A stretch of 64,000 nt of DNA from the human T2T-CHM13v2.0 reference genome, Homo sapiens (GCF_009914755.1 NC_060925.1), one strand, 5' to 3'. Positions 1-28,883 are shown, counted from the stretch's first letter. Made by a program: numbers and translations. Notes: generated by a model not told the origin, from the letters alone.

Positions 1-184
1 CAGCCCAACTTCTGCAAGCGCTCAAGAGTTAATTACTCCTTCACCTTCCTGGGGCCTAACAGCGTTACTGGGTCCTGATTATTTATACAGACGAAAAACG
101 ATGTTCAAGAGATTTTGACAACTTAAAAAAAAAAAAAAGAATGCGGTGGAAGTCTAAGATTGCCTCCCCTATGACAAAACACAG

Positions 185-1080
185 CCCCGCCGGCCGCCCG
201 GGCCCGACTCCGCCCGCCCGCCCGCCGCAGTTTCGGGGCTGCGGCCCGGGGGACGCGGGCGCGGCAGGGCTGGGGTCTCCTCCGGGAGTCGCGGGGCGCA
301 CGGGCCGGGAGGGGCACGCGGGCGGCACCTCGCACCCGAGCGGCTCCCGGGCCCGGCGCCCGCTCACCTGGTGCGTGTTGTTGGCCAGCTTGGCGACGAA
401 GTCCCGGACCCGGCCGCACTCCTCGTCCTCGCCCGGCGCGCTGCGACGCCAACGGCCGCCGCGGGGAAACGCGCCCCCGGCTGCGGCCGCCCGCAGCCCC
501 CAGCTCACCCCGATGGGGCCAGACCAGCGCGGCAGCGGCGCAGCGGGCGGCGGCGGCGCGTCCAGCCGGTCCTGGCTGAGGGTCGACGGCGGCAGCAGCT
601 GCAGGAGGAGGAGGAGGCCGAGGCCATGGGGCCAGCGCGAGAGGCCGTCCGCAGCTCCCCAGGGCCGCTCCATCGCCGCCGAATGCCGCCGACGCCGACA
701 CCTGCCGCCCGGCGCGCCCGCCCACCCCCGCCGGCGCGCGCCACACCCCCGAGCCGAGCGCGGCGCTCCTTGGATACGCGCGGCCGGGCCTCTCCGCCCC
801 ATAGGCTGGCCGCCTGTCCCTCTTCCCCGGCCCACTCCTCATTGGCTCGCGTCGCCTCCGGCTTCGGGGGTCCTGGATTCGGATGCTAAGATGCGGGACT
901 GATTGGCTGGAACGGGGCAGAGACTGCTGAGGTCAACCCCGCCTCGCCCGGCGTCTCCCGGGCCCGGCTTGTGGAGTTCACGTAGGAGCTTCTCATACCT
1001 TCCCGCCGAGCCCCGGGCTCCTGGCGTCGCGACCCCTTGCCGCACCTCTAGCGCCCTCAAGTTGGGGCTGGGTTACGTCC
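185..1080. promoter_or_regulatory. SORT1: SORT1 CpG island / promoter
   Basis: Very GC- and CpG-dense across exon 1. CCAAT boxes on the minus strand (ATTGG at 841-845 and 902-906) and several GC boxes. Confidence 0.9.
368..673 (-). CDS. SORT1: Sortilin (VPS10P-domain sorting receptor), coding exon 1, codons 1-102; rest of gene lies left of the window
   Basis: ATG at 673-671 gives [38 protein letters not shown]...[29 protein letters not shown]. Contains a Leu-rich signal peptide, propeptide and furin site RWRR|S. 306 nt, ending at donor CAG|GTGAGC (GT at 367-366), phase 0. Confidence 0.98.
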
Positions 1081-3094
1081 CTCCTGTTCCCCAGAGACAC
1101 TCCTAAAATTCCTTCGGTGAGGCAGAGCCTGGAAAAACCTACCCAGGAAATCCCTGAGCTTGCTCAGCTGGAAAAGGGGGCTCCATCATGAACCGGGGCT
1201 TCGGGTTTTTATAAACCCCGCTCACTGGAGCGCCCATTGTCTGCTAAGCAGCTGCCTTGCTGCAAGAAGGTGAATGCGAACTGATGTGGGCTACATCCTA
1301 CGGAGACAGACATCAGGACATCCGTGACTCCTGCAAGCCTGAAGAATAGTCTTTCCATACGTTTGGCCTCTCTCACCTTCCTCTTCTGAGGGGAGGTAGG
1401 CCAAAGGCGGAATTACTTACAGGTTTTCCAGGACTTCGAATGTAGCTTAGGCATTAGGGGCAGGTAAAAGAGGGGCAAGAGAATGATCCAATGCCTACTG
1501 TACACATGATCATTTCCTAGATGCACATTTATTTTACCAAAGTGCCTTAACTCTGCAGTGAGAGCTTCGGACAAGTTTGGTTCCAGTATGTGATGTCCTC
1601 TAAATTAGCACCCCGATCCACCTCTAATGAATAAAATAAAACCCCTACGCTGTTCCCTTTACCGCAGAAGCTGCACACACAACTTCTACAACACGTAGCA
1701 CAGGTAAAACCAGTTCTGAATCCTTAAGCTTACTGACTCCATCCCTTCAGAAAGCTAGAAATTGTTCAGTAGAAAAGGTAGCAAATAGAAAGATACAAAA
1801 TATGCAAGTCATTACACTCAAAGCAAGTAAAGATTACTTTTAATTATAAACTGGCCATAAACCCAAATGAGGATATAGTCATTGTAGAGCAAAATGATAC
1901 AATGCACCCAACCCGATATTTACATTAAAATATTTCCAGTCACATTAACTTTCAAACAAAAAGACTTAACGAATTTACAAATTTTTCCAAGACGTGAGAA
2001 GTGAAAAATGTTTTTGAATGCCATCTGAGCAGGATAGTAAAATCACTAGAATAGTCTTTTTAAGTTCTCAGTTACTGGACTGAAAAGATAAAGCTGATGA
2101 AAATTGGTGAACAATTTGTTCCTTTCCATAACTACTATCAGATTAATTTAAAAAAGATTATTTTTAAATCTATGCCAACTATGGGAGTAGATCACAAGAC
2201 AGTCAGTTCCAGTAGCATGTGATTAGGTGGGGGGAGGAAAGGGGGTTATAAAGGAATATTTCTTTGTTTGGGTGACACAAAGATGAATGGTCTATTGTCT
2301 TACTGTCTGAAAAGAAAAAACAACTCAACAGTGCCACCTCCTGGAGAAATTACCAAATACACTTTTAAACGCTATTAAATTTGTTCCAATTATCTGTACC
2401 TTCACTTTTTAGTATGTTGCTTTTAGTTATCACAGGCTTACAGTACTTATATATTTCCTTCTTCAAACTGTATCAGCTTCTGGGACATGGTAACTTGCAT
2501 ATGGCACTGAGAAAATGTTTGAGTGAATATATTTATTATTTCACTTTTTAAATTGGAAACCCTAGGAACTATATTTCATTTTTGTCTAATGAGATTGACA
2601 TTAAATATAAAAGTGGCACTGTCAGTTCTCCTTTGTGAGATACTGGACATAAGATTTCACCTTATTTGCAGGACTAAAGTAAATTTATCTTATTACTAAA
2701 AACCGTACCTTTCTCCAGGAAACATTCTATAGCAGAAAGATAACATAAAGCAATTACACATCATGAAACCATTGCTGTTCGTAGTAAGATCACTTCTTTA
2801 ACCTAAGAAAGCTTGTTTTAATATTCTACAAAAAAATCAAAGTTCTACCTCTTTGAAGAATGCCAATTATAGAAGGTACGAAATTTACTGTTTTACCAGG
2901 TAAAACACAAATATGCTGCCCAGCCAGTGGGAGGGAAAACAACTTAAGCTGAGGCGAACGGACATAGGCTAAGAGCTACTCCTTAGTATTTGGGCATTTT
3001 TCCCCCTATGAAATGCATGTGATTCAGAGACACAACTCACCTCTCCCAAAAGCAACATGGGCTTTATCCATTTCTGCATTAACCTAGAGTTAAA

Positions 3095-3250
3095 AAGGAA
3101 TATTGTTTATTGTTTGGCTCTCCCCACTAGAAGTTTCACAGGAGCACAGATCATATCTACCATTTGAACAGCTCTCTGCCTGATGGCTAATACATTTCTT
3201 GGCATATAGTAGGTAGGTGCTCAATAAATTTGTTACAGGAATAAATGAGA
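3095..3250 (+). mobile_element. L2 3' end fragment
   Basis: ...tggcatatagtaggtaggtgctcaataaatttgtt...aataaatga resembles the L2 terminus. Confidence 0.6.
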
Positions 3251-4461
3251 TAGGATTTTCAAGGGTATTTTCTATTAGGATTTAATAAAACAAAGTGATC
3301 TTTAGAGAAACAAATCTCCCCATCAACATGCTATACTTAATAAGTGTTAAAATCACTAGAAGTCTCTGGAACATTCAGTAACAATATACTCTAATTCTCT
3401 GCTTTCCTTATGTGTTATTCTAGGGCAAAATCCCTTTCTTCCAAATGTTTCCTATCATTGCAGTTTCCAAATGTATATAAACATGTTGTTTTTTGTTGAA
3501 CTACAGTATGGATTTAGTATGAATTCAGCCTATCCAAATAGTCATAATTTATTAACATATAGTACAACTTCCTACACATCAATATACCCAGAGCCCAGCA
3601 AATAATTATGGGGTCCCTGTTAGTGAATTAAATCAATTCTGCATCATCCACATATGGATTAGCCATGTTGTGGACAGTGCAAGTACTTTTCAAATCTCCA
3701 GATTTCCCTATTACTCAAGAGCTGGTGATCTGAAACAAGAAAATTTGAGCTGTTCAAGTCCCAACAGCTTAATTTTGTGTGTCCATGGGCACACAGCATT
3801 AGATTCTTCATCTGTTAAGTAGTGATACTGATACCATCTTCCCGTGGTAATTTTTGAGGCTGAGATAGAATGATTCTTTAAACAATCTCCACCAATCATA
3901 TGATGGCAGCTCTAATGGGGAAAGTTCATCATTCATTCCAAAGTCTAATGTAAACTGCTTCTGAATTTTACAATTCTCTTACTGATATAGAGATTTGTAA
4001 TTGATTGCCAGTGAGGCCAAGGTCATTAATTTAATTCTTAGTCCTTCACTTTGTAAACAAGGAAATCTCTTTCCAAATTGTCTATCAAGACCCAAGAACT
4101 GGTACAACACTGTTGATGGCTGATTCCAACCCATCAATGTTTTGAGGAGGACCTCAAAACATGTTCTTCTGATAGTCAATTAGTAGCATCTCCTTATAAG
4201 AAAAGCAGCAAAAATACACGTTTGCTCCAGAAATTACAGGGCCGAAATGGATTTACAGTGCTGTTAACATCTATTAACCACTGGGAAGAGCTGGACTAGT
4301 TCATTTATCAACACCATGGGATTAATGGATATAGTTGATTCTGTTATAGAGCATCACTAAAACAGTTTTAGAACAGACATCTTCATAGAATAGGGATATT
4401 AATAACACTGTCCTTTTGGCCCACTAACATTTGCATTTCAAACAAAAGACTGTATTACAAT

Positions 4462-4600
4462 GGCTGGGCACAGTGGCTCTCGCCTATAATCCTAGCACTT
4501 CAGGAGGCAGAGGCGGGAAGATCACTTGAACCCAGGAGTTTGAAACCAGCCTGGGCAATATAGTGAGACCTCATCTCTTAAAAAAAAAAAAAAAAAAAAG
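4462..4600 (+). mobile_element. Alu monomer (FLAM-like) just beyond the PSMA5 proximal polyA site
   Basis: ggctgggcacagtggctc...gagacctcatctctt plus A-tail; flanked by an imperfect TSD aaaagact(g)tatta. Confidence 0.85.
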
Positions 4601-4645
4601 ACTATTAGAAGAGAACAGTCTATTAACAAATATTTTAAAATTTTC

Positions 4646-4651
4646 TTTATT
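4646..4651 (-). terminator. PSMA5: Proximal PSMA5 polyadenylation signal AATAAA
   Basis: tttatt on the + strand ~145 nt past the stop codon, followed on the minus strand by a GU/U-rich stretch. More distal minus-strand AATAAA candidates at 3106-3111, 2532-2537 and 1528-1533. Confidence 0.75.
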
Positions 4652-4793
4652 TCAGAACTGCCTTTATGTACAGACATCATTTAAAAAATGCACATACAAT
4701 GGAGATTTTCCAAGGAACAGGAGCTGGAAATAAAATTTAAGGACATTATTAGAACTGAAATTGTCCCAGAGAAGTTCTGAGGATCAGGATTCC

Positions 4794-4871
4794 TTAAATG
4801 TCCTTGATAACCTCTTCAAGTTCTTCCTTTGTGAACATGTGGAAATTCTGGCCAGGCTGCACTGTGGCTAG
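4794..4871 (-). CDS. PSMA5: Proteasome subunit alpha type-5, exon 9 ([25 protein letters not shown])
   Basis: Acceptor ttctttcCAG|CTA; stop TAA at 4796-4794; 78 nt. The nine exons sum to 726 nt = 241 aa + stop. Confidence 0.98.
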   Translation of the reverse strand, partial: LATVQPGQNFHMFTKEELEEVIKDI

Positions 4872-5249
4872 CTGGAAAGAAAACAGAAGGGTTAATAAGC
4901 TGGGCTGAGTTACCCTGCTGATGGCCCTACCATGGTCAGGAGAAGCTGTGTTGGTGATGCAGCTATTCATTAGGAACTAAGGGATCTGCTGTCCCAAGGA
5001 TATCCTTTCCAGGCAGCAGGTCCCTAAAATAGCTCTCTGGCTCCAAAATAAAAATGCTTATTGACCAAATTTTCTATTTTAAGGTTAACTCACCACATCA
5101 TACTTAACCAAATGCCTGGCATCATTGTCACTTCTTGAAGTCACTTCAACAGGGATCACAAAAGCAGCAGCAAAGTACATGGAGTCAGTACTTTTTTCTG
5201 TTAAAGACTCCTTTAGAAATATATTTGAAGTATATTTAAATACTTAAAA

Positions 5250-12238
<6,989 letters not shown>

Positions 12239-12414
12239 TCATTCTTTAACTCACTGAATTCTGGCTTCTGCCAGCACCACTTTACTAAAGCTGCTTATTA
12301 TTCAAAGGCTGTTAATAATTTCTTAGGAACTAAACATACAAAAATGTCATTTCCATGATCTATGTAGTCTTCAGCAATGCCAGCTATGATATCTGAATAA
12401 AAAACAATAAAACA

Positions 12415-12823
<409 letters not shown>

Positions 12824-13399
12824 CTATTAATTATGCACAATCCGTCCTTCCTTCAAAGATTTTCCCTTTATCTCACTGAAAAAAGTATTTAGCAAGTATG
12901 TCAAACATCTTACTTAGTATGGTGCATTACAAGTATCTCCAGAACTCAAGTAAATGGCAAATAAGTAGAATACATTTTTTCAGGAAAAAAAACCCCCAAA
13001 CCTTATTGTGAGCCACAATAAAGTCACCAACCAAAGTAATCTTTGAAGAAGGGGAAAGGGATAGACTAGTCTTGTGTACATTTGAATTCCTCTTTTAATT
13101 TAGAAGATAATATTATTGGTAATATCCAATGAACAATAATGCCCAAATGATCTAAGAGGTAGCCCAATGGTTTAGAAAATTCAAATTTACCCTGTTTTGT
13201 ACCTAATTTCTTCCACATGTAAAAGCAATACCATTAGGAGCTAATGTGAGCAGGCATCCCTGTATGAACCACCTGAATAAGTAGAGCAGCCTTCAATCAC
13301 ACCAATGAGTTACCCAAAACCAAATCTTCCCATCTCACAAAGAAAATACCAAATGCCCACTTGCTTCAAGAGCCAATTGTAAAGTGCTAAGTAAAGCTG

Positions 13400-13918
<519 letters not shown>

Positions 13919-14398
13919 CTAAAATGCTCAGGAGTGGTGGCACTTTATGTAACAAACGTCTCACTAAAACAAAGTATAAATGCTTGGCCCTGCAGCCAGG
14001 AAACACCACTGAAATATTGAGGCACAGATCTAAAAGATGTTCTATGTCTGGAGAAACCAGACATTTTAAAAACTGTTTAAGAAAATTAGTACCTTCCTTA
14101 GGGATTTAGAAGTATAGTATGTATAAATATGGTACTTGTTTATGCCTATCTTAGAAATATTTGAGGATGAGGATCAGATCAACATTCCAGAGCAAAGTTC
14201 TAAAACATACCCTGACTATAGTAACAAGTTACTTCTAATTCCTTCCAGAATTAGCACTGGTTCCAATAGGGGAATTCTTCATGGAATCCCCAAATTTGTG
14301 CAAACGGTATAGAATCACTAAACTTTAGTATTAGAAGCCATATATATATGTATATACATACACACACACACACTCTACAATAGCCCTTTTTACAATAA

Positions 14399-14491
<93 letters not shown>

Positions 14492-14660
14492 TAACAACTC
14501 CCAGGCTCAAGAGATCGTCCTGCCTTAGCCTTCAAGTAGCTGGGACTACAGGTGTGTGCTAATACCTGGCTAACAGTCTACAATAATCTTCTCAGTCTCC
14601 ACCCCAAATTAAAATAATTCCCTGCAAAAGCATGGGGGAAAATTACAAAATGGTACTTAC

Positions 14661-14719
14661 AGCTGGGGTCCTTTCTCATCAACTCCTCCAAATAATAATG
14701 CTACTCCAAAGGGACGAGA
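14661..14719 (-). CDS. PSMA5: PSMA5 exon 6 (SRPFGVALLFGGVDEKGPQL)
   Basis: Acceptor ttcTAG|TCT, donor CT|GTAAGT; 59 nt; RPFG motif of alpha subunits. Confidence 0.97.
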
Positions 14720-14758
14720 CTAGAACCAAAAAATAAGAGATATTAAGATAAATGGCTA

Positions 14759-14968
<210 letters not shown>

Positions 14969-15816
14969 CTAGAAGAAGAGCAAAGCATGGTACAACCTTC
15001 TAATAAGGACATTAAAGCAGCCCACCATCTCACTACGCACATCCCTTTAAACTGGGATTGAAAACTGAAGGCTCAAATGTGGTTTTCTTAATTAACATTA
15101 ACCCTGAGTACTTGGGAGTACATGAGAGGAAGAGAAATAGCTCTGGAAATAAACATATCACAAGGACTCTAAGCAACGACGGACAAGAGAATTACTGCCT
15201 TGAAAAAGAGGGTTATGCCTCAAAGCACCAAGTTTACTCTTTCAAAAACTAAAAGTGCCTCTTTCCCTCAAAGACTCTAGCTTATTCTGTTGATGTTCAA
15301 ATGACTTATTCTTACATAAGTACAGACAGCAAACTTGCAAATAAGTACAAAAAATTTTACCATGTGATGTATTTTTCTTACTAGCCTATCTTCAAGCAGC
15401 AGCTACAAAGTTTAAAAAAAAAAAAAAACAGTATCCCTGACCAGTATTTGTCAGTTGGTACAAGTTATTACTCACCAAAGGCGGGCTGTTATTTACAAGC
15501 CTGGCAGCAAAGGCAGCTGAGGGGAGAATATCCTTTAACTACGTCCACCTCCTGCCATGATGCTCCCACACAAAGTCAATTAGGAAACAATGCATGCTTT
15601 ATATATAGGCAAAGCCAAAAAAAAAAGGAAGACACTGTCAGCACTACTGACCAGAGCCTCTTTAAAACTGCAATGATTGGACAGCTAAACTCCAAGCCCC
15701 AGGAAGTTCTAACTGGGAATTCTACCCAAAATTACTCCCAAGAGCCACATCTAATATTGACACAGGTACCTGCAGTATAGCCCAGGCAGCTAGATAATCA
15801 CTAAACAAGGAACTCA

Positions 15817-15972
<156 letters not shown>

Positions 15973-16449
15973 TCATCCACTCAGGAAATCCTGAAATTCT
16001 GGATTGGAACCACGGCAGCCATTCAGCTATCCCATGGCATTTTATACCCAAAAGATTAGATAGGAAATGATCTGCACTGAACCCAAGTATTAATGATATT
16101 AGAAACAAAAAACCATCCACAATGACACAGAAGTCCAGACGATAAAAATAAGCCCAGAGAAAAGCAGCTAACCAAACATGAATTTCCACATATTACATCC
16201 CTAAGCATCCCTTTAGCACTCTTTGTAGACGATGATACATTTTCAAACGAAGCAAATACTAATGCCCCAACCTGGGAAACAAGGAAAAGAAAATCACCTC
16301 ACTATGGACTACAGTGGAAGACTCTCGAATAAATCAAAAGCCTTTTGCCTCTCTGTCCCAAACACAAAGCAACTAGTTATATCAGAGAGAGTTTGCCTGA
16401 TGGCCCAAGCTGTCACGATTATGGCTATAACTGTTATTGTACATGCCAT

Positions 16450-17335
16450 GGCTCAAATCTAAATCTCCAGCCTAAGTTTCTCTCCCAAGTTTCAGACATA
16501 TAAAGCCAAATAACTTCCTTAATATATCTACTTGGACATATCACACACTCATTTCCCTTCCAGACCCCGTCTTCTTCCTTGGCCCTCACAATCAATCAGA
16601 TCACAAGTTCTGTCAATTTCTATCTTCCTCTCCATTCTCTGGCTACTGTGTTGGTTAAAACCTTCACCATCTCTTTGTTTGGACTATTACAAATTTTTCA
16701 ACTGGCCTCCGTGCCTCCAGTTTCAGCCCTCTTTAGTCTATCTTTAATATCATTATCAGAATGGCCTTTCTAAAATTATAATGGGATCCTATTACCTCAT
16801 TGCTTAAAACCTTTCCCATCCTTGCAAAAGGATTACATTGAAGCCCTTCAGTGTGGTAAAAAAGGAATTCCGCTCTCTGACCGACTCTGCTGCTGCAGTT
16901 CATGGCCCAGGCCTACAAAACTGCTTGTGACATGGTATTTTATATTTTACACCACGATGGCTTCAGTCATTTCTATTCCCCCTGACTAGAATGCTCTCCC
17001 TTGCTATACCCAGACACTTGTTTGCCTTGTGTACACTTCCTTATCTTTCAGAATTAAACTCAGCTCAAAATCACTTTCATGGAATCCTTTTCTGAAAGCC
17101 CCACTACCGCTGACTCCAGGCAAAACTAATTATTTCTTCCCTTGTACTCCTACTAAGAACACACTAGTCTTTCTTAATACTTTTGTCACTTAATTGCATT
17201 GACTTACTTACATGTCCACCACCACAATTAGACTGTATGCTCCTGTAAAACAAGGACTATGTCTTATTCCTTTCTATATCCTGGTATCTAGCATAAGGTC
17301 TGGCACATTGTAGGCTCTCAATTTGTTGAACACAG
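16450..17335 (+). mobile_element. L2 fragment
   Basis: Degenerate L2 3' region ending ...tggcacattgtaggctctcaatttgttgaa. Confidence 0.65.
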
Positions 17336-17995
17336 TGACACTGAGCTACCTTCAAAAGACCAAGTGACTTGAGTTAAAGAAGACACAATGTTCCAATCTT
17401 AAAAGATAAAATTTCAGTTTCTATATCTATGAAAGACATAATATCAAGCTCCCAGAGTCACCATGGCATTTGGTTCTGATGCCTTCAAGCAATTAATTAT
17501 TTTGCCAATGCTTCATTAATTAGATGACTAGACAGGTTAAGAAAATTTGGATAGCCAAATAAAATGCCATTCTATAAATAAGTAGAATTACTCACCCTGT
17601 AATACTATTATACAATGATGTCAGAAGCCAAGGCAGGGGAATTAAAGACCAAAAAAGTGGGCAGAGGCAACAAGGAATACAAAGATAATCTGAAAACAAA
17701 GGAGGAAGACTGATCTAGGCAAGTCTATATTATTCTTATAACTTGTAGTCACTTCAAAGATCTCAACCTTTGCATATTTCAACAACCATCACATTTACCA
17801 AGTCTAAATTTGAGGGGAAAGGAACTTATGGGAGTAGGTTAAACATAAATGAGTCCTGCAACAGCCTCCTACTCCTACATTTACGCATTCTGGCCTACTG
17901 CCTGGAAAATAATAGCTAACAAGGGGATAACGTGTTCATTTCATAAACCTTCCTTGGAACATCATAGAGGACTAATTAACCCAGACCAGATCCTA

Positions 17996-18148
<153 letters not shown>

Positions 18149-19537
18149 CTAAAGAGAAACATGTTATGATTACCATATATAGGTCAAATAACTGTCTCAC
18201 ATACTCACCAGATAGCTCTCTGTAAATCTTCACATGATAGAAACTTCAACTGGCCACATCTTATAGGCAGAGAGAAGGAGCACCCTAACATACTGTAAGT
18301 AATTAATATACTATTCCTGTCAATAGCAAGAACATTGATTTACAGAATTTTGTGATTCTAAAAAGTTCTTTTTTCTCCCTTAAATTTTTTTAAAATTTTT
18401 AATGTTTTCTTTATAATTTACCCATGTAATTCCCAGAACCCCAAAAGAGTAAGTTCAACAAAGTCTTTCAAACACTGGAAAAATCCACTCTCTAATGCCA
18501 ATATTTGGAGGACGGAGGATTCAAAAGTTCTAAACATAGTGGGCAAGAAAGTAATAAAACTCTTAATGTCTTCTCTGGACCTGGCCTCTTTTCACCTCTG
18601 CCATCTACCTTGGTCTGTCCCAAGAGGTGATGATATTCCCCAACCTACCTGACCTCCAAAAAAGTAATAAAGGAAGGTAGGGAGGGACGAAAAGAACCAC
18701 CACCATCATCACCACCAACAACGTAAAACTATTAATTATTTAAGGTCGCTAGAAGTCCACAATATACCTGGAATTCATCTCTATCTCTACGTAACTCCCA
18801 GTCATCTACTCCTCTATGCCCATTTCCTGCAAAATGAGGATGACAATAATAATAAGAAGGGTAAACACATTATATATTATAAAATGCTTAAAATGGTGCC
18901 TGCCAAATATGAACAAATGTTATTCATATTCCATGCCTAGATACTTCAATAGCCTCTCTCATCTTTAATCTCTCTCAATGTATCTCTAATGTTATAACCT
19001 GACTGATCTAATAAAATGCTATTATCATTATATTTCTTCTCTCAAGAATTAACATCACCCTATACTGCCTATAATATATCCAAATAAACTTCCAGAGCCT
19101 TCATATCCTGATGCCACTTTTCCCTTCCAACTTCACTACTCGTTATTCTCCAACAAAATCCCTCAGGTATAGCCCAGCCCACTGGCTCAAGCCACGTTAT
19201 CTCCTACCCTTGCACCCCTCTGCTCATGCTGTCTCCCCTGGAATACATTCTTCCTTCCCCCAATCCAAATTCCACTCATCAAAGCCTTCCATGACTATGC
19301 TTTCTGCTTTGAATTCCATTATATTTAGTTATTTCTACAAAGTAATCACTGCCAAGTGTGAGCACTGCAAAGAGTTCCAAAGAATCCCACGAATCTTTAT
19401 GTATAACTTGCTTAACATGTCTGCAGACTGAATGATCATTTCACACGCATATATATTATTTTTCAAATGTGTTGAGTTGTGACTTTATTTAGAAGTGTTA
19501 TTAAATGTACACCAGCTTTTTGTCATGTATTTTCTTA

Positions 19538-24290
<4,753 letters not shown>

Positions 24291-24642
24291 GTCAGATACA
24301 TGATTTGCTAAAGAAAACAAAACAGAAAAAGTAATACAGGTGCTAATTCTGGACTTCTGTACCTCTCTTTATAGCTAAGAGGATCAAAAGCACAAATATG
24401 TCCCTCCACCCCCACTGAGAAAAAGCTATTTAGATAATTATGAAGCAGTTAACTGCTCAAAAAGTTTTAAAATAGATATTAGGAATAGGATTGAAACTGT
24501 TATAAAAATGGTTAACAGTGGTTGCTTAAAGGGATATAAGAACATTTTCTAAAGGAATGGTTAAACCACATTTACTCCAAGTGTTCTGCCAGCAAAATGT
24601 TAGGTAGCCATGAAATTTCAGGACCTATGCTACTTGCTACTA

Positions 24643-24789
<147 letters not shown>

Positions 24790-25267
24790 CTAGCTCAGAT
24801 AGCTACAGAATACGCACATTGTCATTATTCTCTACTTCGCCCACAACAATCTGTAGCATTTTTTTGTACATTAACAGTTTCTCAAGGCAATGGAACCTAT
24901 ATATAGAACACTTCTGCCTCACTCCCAGAAAGTCTTCCCAAATTGATGAAATGAGAGCAAATGACTTTTCTGCCTCAATCCTGAATCAACTTGGATCCAT
25001 TCTGAATAGACTTACCAGTTCCTTTGGTAAGTTCATGCCTCAAAACTATCAGCCAATTTCCAAGAAAATGTGCATTTTTCCTTATCCTCTTCCCATAACA
25101 TGCATATGACGTTAATACTTGGGGTTATCACTCTTCTTTCCATTCTCAATGCCCTCATTACCTTTCACCTAACGTTTGTAATAGTCTCCTAACAGGTATT
25201 GACTCGTGGAGCAAGTAGGAAGAGTTTTCCCCCTAATTCAGACAATCTCTATAAAACACAGTTATTA

Positions 25268-27864
<2,597 letters not shown>

Positions 27865-28883
27865 GAGTCTCCTATATGCGAGCAAGGAGCTTGATTTTGT
27901 CCATTGCTGTAGCACCAGCACCTAGAACAGTGCCTTGTTCACAGCAAGCACTCAAGCACATTAACTAAGAGAATAAAAAGGGATGTATTTTAGGCCGTCT
28001 TGGGAAGACAGAAAAATAAGTAACAAAGCAGTCAATACATATGTTAAGTAAATGGCCACAAAATTTAATAAATGCCTTCTGATAAGCATAACAATTTCTA
28101 TCATACACACCCTAACTCAAAATTATGTCACCCGAAGATGATTCTCTTCAATGTTCTGGAAGTTAAATATCGACCAACAAAGTCACTTTATAGGACAGTG
28201 GGGAAATATGTCAAAACTTCACACACATCTTCTACGAGTCAGTAAAAAAGATGAAAAAGTGGTAACTGCAGGTGGTAAAACTTCGACAGGATCAGCATAT
28301 ACTTGACAGGAAATGCAGCATCTCATACCACTCAGTACAAAGAAAATGTCTGCCTTCCCTGACTTTAAAAAAGAGTAGCTATGTAAAAACTTAACTGACG
28401 AAAACAGAAACTGAAAGTAAAAATGTCTACAGCATATATATGTACAACTTAATATTGTGAACATTTTCATACCACAAAAGTTTTTTAAAACTTGCTTTAA
28501 ACTTTTAAAAAGTCAGAAAAAATTTTGGTCAATTGGAATCGGCATGATGAGAAATCTCTTGAAAACCATTCTCAATTCCAGTTCCTATAAAATCAGACTC
28601 CAGACAATATATCCAGCCAAAGCTACGACTGCCTTCGCGCTTCTGAAGAAACTATACACCGCAGCATGCCCTACTACAAACCAGTTGCTTTTTCTTCCAG
28701 GAAGCACGTTTAACTTTTTGTTTGTTTGTTCAAGGCAGTCATACTAGGCACGAAAAGATGAACGGAGCAAAGAGTGACCCTTGGCCTTCTCCGGGTTCAA
28801 GGTAGGAGTTCCGGCTCCTCACGCCTTCTTTACCAAGCACCAGCCGGAGCTTCTCGCTTCCGCACCGAGTTAGGACCCAGGGG

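Noticed and set aside
83-367. Continuation of the SORT1 ORF past codon 102
   Set aside because: Runs through the consensus donor CAG|GTGAGC into intron 1
123-902. Long overlapping ORFs (239 aa minus, 253 aa and 172 aa plus) over SORT1 exon 1
   Set aside because: Low-complexity Pro/Arg/Ala/Gly frames expected in a stop-poor CpG island; only the sortilin frame is recognisable
18149-18210. Consensus donor CTG|GTGAGT (GT at 18208-18207) upstream of exon 3
   Set aside because: Would leave only a 60-nt intron to the exon 3 acceptor, below the usual human minimum
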